Below, in pieces: positions 37,680 through 43,831 of a stretch of DNA of 43,831 nt. The stretch is from Gemmatimonadota bacterium (lineage in GTDB: Bacteria; Gemmatimonadota; Gemmatimonadetes; Palauibacterales; Palauibacteraceae). Both the position numbers and the translations under genes were made by a program. Where the stretch lies: NCBI GenBank assembly GCA_046758745.1, contig JBHIAV010000022.1, positions 1 through 43,831 on the forward strand, read 5' to 3'. Below the pieces are notes generated by a model. That model had not been told where the DNA came from. It made no database searches and saw nothing but the letters and a program-made list of their open reading frames with translations. Position 1 is the first letter of the stretch. Each line of letters opens with the position of its first letter.

Positions 37680-39197
37680 GTGATAGAATCTGCCGAGCTG
37701 GCACCAGAGCTTCCCGAAGACTACGACAGCGAGCCGGCCTCCGGCTCCTTCGTCCTCGATTCCGACGCCATCTCCTCCATCCGCATCCTGGTCATCGACG
37801 ATGAGCCGAGCATCCTCGAGAGCTGTCAGTCGGTGCTGGAGGGCGAGGGCTACGAGTGCCTCACCGAGCGTCGCGCCGATGCGGCGCTCCGCCGCATCAA
37901 GAACCAGAGCTTGGACGTCGTCCTGATCGACCAGAACATGCCTCAGGTACATGGGCTCGACATCCTCGCCGAGGTACGCAGCTGCTGCCCCGAGGCCCTG
38001 GGGATCATCATGACCGGCCACGCCACGACCGAGCACGGCGTGCGGGCGCTCCAGGCGGGGGCGTGGGACTACCTTCCCAAGCCCTTCACCGCGACGCAGC
38101 TCCTCGTGCTGGTGGGGCGGGCCGCCCACACCCTCCTGCGCTCGCGGTCGCTGTCGCAGGGCGCGGAGCGCCGGGGTGTGTTGGTCGAGCGCGGCAACTC
38201 CATCCTGGGCGTGTCGGAGTCGATGCGGCACGCCGTCAAGAAAGCCCTCAAGGTCGCGCCCACGGACGCTTCGATCTTCATCACGGGCGAGAGCGGAACC
38301 GGGAAGGAGCTGTTCGCCCAGTACATCCATCGCGAGAGCCGTCGCTCCCGACGCTCGTTCGTGGCAGTGAACTGCGCCGCCCTGCCCGCCGAGCTGCTGG
38401 AGTCGGAGATGTTCGGCCACCGGCGCGGTGCGTTCACCGGCGCGATCCGCGACAAGGCGGGTCTGCTGGAGGTGGCGGATCAGGGCACCTTCTTCCTCGA
38501 CGAGCTGTCGGAGATGCCGATGCCCCTCCAGGCGAAGCTCCTGCGCGTCCTGCAGGACGGAGTGTTGCGTCGGGTCGGCAGCGAGAAGGACGATGCCGTG
38601 GTGGACGTGCGCTTCATCTCCGCCACCAACCGCGACCCGGAGCAAGCGCTGGAGGAGGGCCTGCTGCGTCACGACCTGTACTATCGGCTGCGGGTGGTGC
38701 CGATCCACCTGCCGGCGCTGCGCGAGCGACCCGAGGACATTCCCGTCCTCATCCGGCACTTCATCGATCTCTTCTGGCGCCGGCACCATCTACCGGGCCG
38801 TGAGCCGCCGAGGCTGGCGCCGGCCGCGCTGGAGGCGCTCGTGGGCTACGACTGGCCCGGCAACGTGCGCGAGCTTCAGAACGTGATCGAGAACATGGTC
38901 GTGCTCTCCGAACCGGACGAGGAGATCGAACCGGGGAGGCTGTCGATCCTGGTCTCGTCTTCATCCTTGGGTGGGGGGGACGGGGCGCCCGTCCCCGGGA
39001 CCTTCAACACCCGGATTCCGTTCCACGAGGCAAAGCAGGATCTGATCGACCGCTTCGAGCGGGACTACCTCGCCCAGCTGATCTCCCGCACCGGCGGGAA
39101 CATGTCGGAGGCGGCGCGGCAGGCGGGGATCGACCGCACGACCCTGTACCGGCTGATGGACAAGCACAACCTGGCACGAGAGGCCTTCGCTTCCTGA
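37680..39197 (+). CDS. Sigma-54-dependent response regulator (NtrC/AtoC family: REC-AAA+-HTH)
   Basis: Receiver domain (IDDE, IDQNMP, KPF), GESGTGKE, GAFTGA, LDE, WPGNVREL and a Fis-type HTH. The start codon is uncertain. Confidence 0.93.
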   Translation: MIESAELAPELPEDYDSEPASGSFVLDSDAISSIRILVIDDEPSILESCQSVLEGEGYECLTERRADAALRRIKNQSLDVVLIDQNMPQVHGLDILAEVRSCCPEALGIIMTGHATTEHGVRALQAGAWDYLPKPFTATQLLVLVGRAAHTLLRSRSLSQGAERRGVLVERGNSILGVSESMRHAVKKALKVAPTDASIFITGESGTGKELFAQYIHRESRRSRRSFVAVNCAALPAELLESEMFGHRRGAFTGAIRDKAGLLEVADQGTFFLDELSEMPMPLQAKLLRVLQDGVLRRVGSEKDDAVVDVRFISATNRDPEQALEEGLLRHDLYYRLRVVPIHLPALRERPEDIPVLIRHFIDLFWRRHHLPGREPPRLAPAALEALVGYDWPGNVRELQNVIENMVVLSEPDEEIEPGRLSILVSSSSLGGGDGAPVPGTFNTRIPFHEAKQDLIDRFERDYLAQLISRTGGNMSEAARQAGIDRTTLYRLMDKHNLAREAFAS

Positions 39198-39201
39198 ACG
39201 A

Positions 39202-40275
39202 ATGAGCGACAACGTCCTTCCCCTACCAGACCGGCGGCGCACGCCGGAGCGGCGTCGCGCCGATGCGGCGCGGATCGAGCCACCGATCGCCCGCCGCCCG
39301 GAGTGGTGGAATCCCACGGAGTCTTTGGGCCGGCTCCGACGGGCCCTGCGGTCCCAGGCTGAGCGCCTCGCCGAGCTGTTGGTCGCGGAGGAGCCCGGCG
39401 AGGGGCAAGCCGGATGGCTCGATCCGTCGACCGGAATCGAGGACGCATGGCTGGTCCTGTCGGCGGTGCGGGATGCCGTCCATATGGCGGGTGCGGGAGG
39501 TGCGCCGGCGCGCCGCACGAGGGAGCTACACGAGCGGCTTGATCAGGAGGCGCTGCGGCTGGTACAGGACGCCCTGGAGGCGAAGGTCACCGCGCAGCGT
39601 CGCTTTCTCGAGGAGGTGTCTCACGACATCCGCTCGCCGCTGAACTCGATTCTCTTCCTCGCCGACGCCCTTCGCGTCGAGCAGAGCGGCCCGCTGAGCC
39701 CGGTGCAGAAACGACAGGTCGGGGTGCTGTATGCCGCGGCGGTCACGTTGGTCAAGCTGGTCAACGACCTGATCGACTTCGCGCGGCTCGGGAAAGACCA
39801 CCCGATCAGCGTGGCCTCCACCGCGTTCGCCGTGGAGGCGGTGCTCGCGGACGTACACCGTCTCGTCGGTCCCCTCGTCGAACACCGCAAGGTCGATCTG
39901 AAGACCCTGACGGCTCCGGTCGGAATCCGACGTGGTGATCCGCAGCTGCTCAGCAGAGTGCTCCTCAATCTCGTGTCCAACGCGGTACGGGCGGTGGACG
40001 AGGGGGGTGCCGTCTCCGTTCACGTGAGCGAGCCGCGGAAGGGGACGCTGCGCATCGAGGTGACGGATGATGCGGCCGGTACGGATGTGGAGAGGCTGCG
40101 CAAGATGCTGTGTCCGGGAACCGGCGGAGCGGGGGAGACGCGCGGCTGGACGCACGGCCTCGGGCTCGCCATCAGCGCCCGACTCGTAGAAGCGGCGGGC
40201 GGGGAGCTCACGGTCGAGAGCCTGGCCGGGGACCGCACCTGCTTCGCGGTAGAGCTCCCCTTCTCGGCGGTGTAG
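39202..40275 (+). CDS. Cytoplasmic histidine kinase (HisKA + HATPase)
   Basis: H-box SHDIRSPL, N-box NLVSNAV and G2 HGLGL. No TM segment in the N-terminal region. Confidence 0.85.
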   Translation: MSDNVLPLPDRRRTPERRRADAARIEPPIARRPEWWNPTESLGRLRRALRSQAERLAELLVAEEPGEGQAGWLDPSTGIEDAWLVLSAVRDAVHMAGAGGAPARRTRELHERLDQEALRLVQDALEAKVTAQRRFLEEVSHDIRSPLNSILFLADALRVEQSGPLSPVQKRQVGVLYAAAVTLVKLVNDLIDFARLGKDHPISVASTAFAVEAVLADVHRLVGPLVEHRKVDLKTLTAPVGIRRGDPQLLSRVLLNLVSNAVRAVDEGGAVSVHVSEPRKGTLRIEVTDDAAGTDVERLRKMLCPGTGGAGETRGWTHGLGLAISARLVEAAGGELTVESLAGDRTCFAVELPFSAV

Positions 40276-40331
40276 CTCCGGCGCCACACCCCGGTGCGCC
40301 GCCCGTCGCAAGCTCGCCGCACCGATCCGGC

Positions 40332-41057
40332 CTACCGCAGGTGCTTCCCTCCGTCCACGCGGAGGACCTCGCCCGTCACGTACTCGGCGCCCGCCAGGTA
40401 GAGAACTGCCCGCGCGACGTCCTCGGGCGTTCCGATCCGCCCCATCGCGGTGAGCCGTGCGGTGGCCCGCGCCTCCCGCTCCGGCGTTCCGGATGGGAGG
40501 AGGACGGGCCCCGGGGCGACCGCGTTGACGCGGATGCGCGGCGCCCAGGCGAGGGCGAGGCCCCGCGTCAGGCTGATCAGGGCGGCCTTCGTCGCGGCGT
40601 ACGGCACGTAGCCCGGCCACGCCTCGAAGCCGGCGATGTCCGCGATGTTCACGATCGAGCCTCCCGCCTCGCCCATCAGGCGGGCGGCGGCCCGGGCGCA
40701 CAGGAAAGGAGCGCGGGCGTTGAGGGCGAAGACCCGGTCCCACTCCTCCGGAGTCACCTCTTCCAACGTGGCGTGCGGGAAGATCGCGGCGTTGTTGACC
40801 AGGAGGTCGAGCCCGCCGAGTTCATGCGCGACCCGCTCGAAGAGTGGGGGGATCTCCCCTGGCGCGCTCAGGTCGGCCTGTACGGCCAGCGCGCGCCGGC
40901 CGGCCGCACGGATCGCGGCGACGACCTCCTTCGCGGCATCGCGCGAGCTGTGGTAGTGCACCGCGACGTGGTGCCCCGCCTCGGCGAGCGCCAGCGCGAT
41001 CGCGCGTCCGACCCGCACGGCCCCCCCGGTCACCAGAGCGCGGCCGGTGTCCTTCAC
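40332..41057 (-). CDS. SDR oxidoreductase, pteridine reductase (PTR1/FolM)-like
   Basis: Motifs TGGAVRVG, VHYHSS, LVNNA, YAATK and RVNAVAPG. Start inferred at GTG 41057. Confidence 0.82.
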   Translation of the reverse strand: MKDTGRALVTGGAVRVGRAIALALAEAGHHVAVHYHSSRDAAKEVVAAIRAAGRRALAVQADLSAPGEIPPLFERVAHELGGLDLLVNNAAIFPHATLEEVTPEEWDRVFALNARAPFLCARAAARLMGEAGGSIVNIADIAGFEAWPGYVPYAATKAALISLTRGLALAWAPRIRVNAVAPGPVLLPSGTPEREARATARLTAMGRIGTPEDVARAVLYLAGAEYVTGEVLRVDGGKHLR

Positions 41058-41282
41058 CTCGGGTCGACTCGTCGGTTCGGCACCTTCCCGCTCCTTGTGT
41101 CGCGTGGGTGGGGCGGACCCGGCGGCATGGGATCGCGCCTCGCGCCTCGCGCTACCGGCCGTCAGCGGCAGCCCGCGGCCGCCGCCACGCCGCCCCTCTG
41201 GAAAGCGGAAGGTATCGCGCCGCCGGACGGCGGCGACAGCGCGCAAGACCGCGCGCGTTCGGGAATCGCCCGGTCTCCGGGG

Positions 41283-41311
41283 TTGACGCCGGCCGCCGGC
41301 CGCGTCACCCT
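41283..41311 (+). promoter_or_regulatory. Putative sigma-70-type promoter of the leader-aroH/tyrA unit
   Basis: TTGACG-N17-CACCCT. The leader ATG lies 7 nt after the -10, at the expected +1. Confidence 0.5.
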
Positions 41312-41318
41312 TCGTCCC

Positions 41319-41399
41319 ATGCGAGAGCGGGTGACGTGCGGTCGCAGGTATTACTACCGGATCCCCGGAGCAACCGGGTCGGGGGCCGCGCGCACTTAG
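41319..41399 (+). CDS. Tyr-rich leader peptide MRERVTCGRRYYYRIPGATGSGAART
   Basis: TAT TAC TAC at 41349-41357, upstream of a terminator and a tyrosine-biosynthesis gene. Confidence 0.8.
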   Translation: MRERVTCGRRYYYRIPGATGSGAART

Positions 41400-41430
41400 C
41401 TTGAGGAAAGGTACCGGCCGAGATCTTGGC

Positions 41431-41458
41431 GCCCCCGCCCCGCGGGGGCTTTTTCTTT
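41431..41458 (+). terminator. Intrinsic terminator (attenuator)
   Basis: GCCCCCGC-CCC-GCGGGGGC followed by TTTTTCTTT, 90 nt upstream of the aroH-tyrA start. Confidence 0.85.
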
Positions 41459-41548
41459 GTGACTCAGGCTGTTTCGCGGCCCCGGCGCGCCGTCGCGGGG
41501 AAAGATCGGAGCCGTGGATCGCCCGCCGAGAGAGAGGGGAGGAAGGAG

Positions 41549-42877
41549 ATGATCGGGATACGAGGAGCGATCCGGGTGGAGAGCAACGACCGGACCGAGA
41601 TCTTCCGCGCCACGCAGCGCCTCCTGCGGGAGATGCTGCGTAGGAACGGGCTCGAGCGCAGCCGGGTCGTCTCCGCCTTCTTCACCATGACCCCCGACCT
41701 GAACGCGGACTTTCCCGCGTACGCGGCGCGCGAGATGGGTTGGACCGATGTCCCCATGCTTGGGGCTCAGGAGACGGCCGTGCCCGGCGCCCTCGACCGG
41801 ATGGTCCGCATCCTCCTCCACGCCGATGCTCCCGGGCCGGCACGTCATGTTTATCTGGGAGATGCCGCGGCGATGCGGCCGGATCTGGCGCACGCGGGAG
41901 ATGCCGAGCGCTTCGCGGGAGCGCTTTCGGTACGGGGTGCGGCCGGCTCGGCTCCGGCGGAGGTGGCGGGCGACACGCCTCGGGCGCCCTCGCCCGGGCC
42001 GACACCTCCGGCGCTCGGAACGCTTCTCGTGGTGGGTCTGGGGCTCATCGGCGGCTCCCTCGCCCTCGCGGTGCGCCGCTCCGGCGTGTGCCGGGGCGTC
42101 CTCGGGACGGACGTGGATCCCGGGGCGGTGGAGCTCGCCCGGCGGGCCGGCGCGATCGACGAAGGGGCGACGGATGCGCCGGCCCTCCTCACGCGGGCCG
42201 CGGCGGTGGTCCTCGCCGTGCCCGTGCTCTCCGCCGTGCGGTGGATGCGCGAGCACGGACCTCGGTTGCCCGCGGGCACCGTGCTGGTCGACGTCGGGAG
42301 CACGAAGCGCGCGCTCGTGACGGAGATGGATGCCCTGCCGCCGGGGGTGGAGGCGGTGGGCGCCCATCCGCTGGCCGGCTCGGAGCTTTCCGGGATGGGG
42401 GCGGCGCGGCCCGACCTCTTCTTCGGCGCCACCTGGGCGCTCGTGCGAACGAAGCGCACGGGTCGCCGCGCCGAGGAGACGGCGCGCATCCTGATCTCGG
42501 CCGTGGGTGGAAGGGCCTTCTGGACCGGCGCGGAGCGCCACGACCGCGCCGTGGCCGCCACCAGCCACCTGCCGTACCTCCTGTCCGCCGCCCTGGCTCT
42601 CAACGTCCGCGACCGCGAGGAGCGGGATGAGGTCGCACGGCTCGCCGGCCCCGGCCTGCGGGACATGACGCGGCTGGCCGGAAGCCGGCCGAGCGTGATG
42701 GCGGAGATCCTGCGCACGAACTGGGAGAACGTGCTCGCGGAGACGGAGCGGTTCCGCCGGCGGTTCGAGGAGCTCGTGGCCTCCCTCGAGCGGGCGATGC
42801 CGGGGGATGTGGGTCCCCTCCTCGAGCGGGCCGCGCGGGCGCGCGAGGTTCTGATGCGGCCCGCGGCCGGCCGCTAA
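41549..42877 (+). CDS. aroH-tyrA: AroH-class chorismate mutase fused to prephenate/arogenate dehydrogenase (TyrA)
   Basis: N-terminal IRGA...TPDLNADFPAYAAR...VPML..QE...HVYL..A..MRPDL, then an Ala/Pro linker, then VGLGLIGGS, DVGSTK, HPLAGSE and HDRAVAATSHLP. Purine-rich RBS before ATG 41549. Confidence 0.92.
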   Translation: MIGIRGAIRVESNDRTEIFRATQRLLREMLRRNGLERSRVVSAFFTMTPDLNADFPAYAAREMGWTDVPMLGAQETAVPGALDRMVRILLHADAPGPARHVYLGDAAAMRPDLAHAGDAERFAGALSVRGAAGSAPAEVAGDTPRAPSPGPTPPALGTLLVVGLGLIGGSLALAVRRSGVCRGVLGTDVDPGAVELARRAGAIDEGATDAPALLTRAAAVVLAVPVLSAVRWMREHGPRLPAGTVLVDVGSTKRALVTEMDALPPGVEAVGAHPLAGSELSGMGAARPDLFFGATWALVRTKRTGRRAEETARILISAVGGRAFWTGAERHDRAVAATSHLPYLLSAALALNVRDREERDEVARLAGPGLRDMTRLAGSRPSVMAEILRTNWENVLAETERFRRRFEELVASLERAMPGDVGPLLERAARAREVLMRPAAGR

Positions 42878-43692
42878 CTCCCGTCGAGCGTCGTTTGCGA
42901 GCGGTACTCCGGAGGCGCGATCGACTTCACCCGCACCGACTTCGCCGGGATGCCCACGTTGACGTGGTACGGGCGAACGTCCCGCGTGGCCAGCGCCTTC
43001 GCCCCGACCATCCCCTGCTTTCCAACGTGCACGCCGGCCAGGACCGTGGCCCCGTAGGTGATGCGCACGTTGTCCTCGAGGACGGTGCGCGCGTTCGTCA
43101 CATCGAGGATGTCATCGATGGAATGGGTGTGGCTGAACACGGCGGCGTAGTCCGATACCGAGACGTTGTTGCCGATGACGATCCCGCCCCGATCGTCCAA
43201 CAGGACGTTGCGGTGAATCACCACGTCGTCGCCGACCTCCAGGTTGTACCCGAATGACACCTCCACGAAGTGGAAGGCCTTGAAGTTCCGGCCGACCTTC
43301 CCGAAAACGAAGGGCGCCAGCAGCCGGCGGAACCGCACCCCGAGATGGACGTTCCCGCCCACCGGCGAGCGGTCGAACATCTGCCACATCCAGATGAGCG
43401 GCTTGCGCGCGTAATACCGCTCCTCGTCGATTTCGTGGTAGTATTCCGGCTCGAGGGTGACGTTTCGTGGATCCAGGTTCGCCAGCGTCACGCGCGCGGA
43501 GAGGGGTAGGGATCCCGGGTCGACGTCGGCCCGGAGTCCGGGGAAGAAGATGCCGCGCAGCACCTCCACGCAGAGCTCGTTCCGATCGCACTCGGGGTCC
43601 GCCAGCCGAGCTTCGATCTCGGCCAGCCAGGCCTCGTAGAGCCGCACCGAATCGGCGACCGGCTGCAGTGGCCGAAGAGGACGAAGGGCCAT
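42874..43692 (-). CDS. Hexapeptide-repeat (left-handed beta-helix) acyltransferase
   Basis: VGDDVVIHRNVLLD, IGNNVSVS, LEDNVRITYGATVLAGVHVG and VGIPAK. Confidence 0.85.
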   Translation of the reverse strand: MALRPLRPLQPVADSVRLYEAWLAEIEARLADPECDRNELCVEVLRGIFFPGLRADVDPGSLPLSARVTLANLDPRNVTLEPEYYHEIDEERYYARKPLIWMWQMFDRSPVGGNVHLGVRFRRLLAPFVFGKVGRNFKAFHFVEVSFGYNLEVGDDVVIHRNVLLDDRGGIVIGNNVSVSDYAAVFSHTHSIDDILDVTNARTVLEDNVRITYGATVLAGVHVGKQGMVGAKALATRDVRPYHVNVGIPAKSVRVKSIAPPEYRSQTTLDGS

Positions 43693-43788
43693 CGGTCGTC
43701 TCTCGCGTCGGTTGCGTGGGGTACGCCCGGCCGCCGGTCGTGCTCGAGGACGGGTGCGCGACCTCCCGGGGGCCGGCTCGTCGCCGGC

Positions 43789-43817
43789 AAACTGAACGGC
43801 CCTTCGGCCCCCGTCAA
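43789..43817 (-). promoter_or_regulatory. Putative sigma-70-type promoter for the acyltransferase
   Basis: Minus strand reads TTGACG-N17-CAGTTT, the same architecture as 41283-41311. Confidence 0.4.
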
Positions 43818-43831
43818 CGAGGCGCGGCCCC

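Noticed and set aside
35913-38789. 958-aa minus-strand ORF, plus similar long ORFs at 7628-9496 and 20916-22763
   Set aside because: These are antisense shadows of well-supported genes in GC-rich DNA and show no recognisable motifs.
43781-43831. GGCAAAC...hairpin resembling the start of a c-di-GMP-I riboswitch
   Set aside because: The rest of the consensus is absent and the orientation is opposite to the adjacent gene. It is better explained as a minus-strand promoter.

Overview
GC-rich bacterial DNA. No rRNA, tRNA, CRISPR array, integrase or transposase is recognisable. About 1-37.4 kb is a large surface-glycan synthesis and tailoring locus. It holds a UbiA/DprE1/DprE2-like lipid-linked pentose module, which is split by a partly decayed cassette bounded by a 65-bp direct repeat. 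It also holds three NodU/CmcH carbamoyltransferases (one in an SxtIJK-like triplet, one fused to a PHP-like domain), two AsnB-like amidotransferases, two methyltransferases, a sulfotransferase, a deacetylase, a CapK/PaaK-like ligase, a GlpD-like oxidoreductase, GT4/GT2 transferases, epimerases and a flippase. Two near-consensus sigma-54 promoters sit in front of glycan genes, and an NtrC-type activator and a soluble histidine kinase lie just downstream of the locus. The last 3.5 kb encode a pteridine-reductase-like SDR, an AroH chorismate mutase-prephenate dehydrogenase fusion and a hexapeptide-repeat acyltransferase. The clearest hidden element is an apparent tyrosine-sensing transcriptional attenuator upstream of aroH-tyrA: a Tyr-Tyr-Tyr leader peptide that is probably leaderless, an antiterminator and a U-tailed terminator. 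All product calls come from motif recognition, not database searches.
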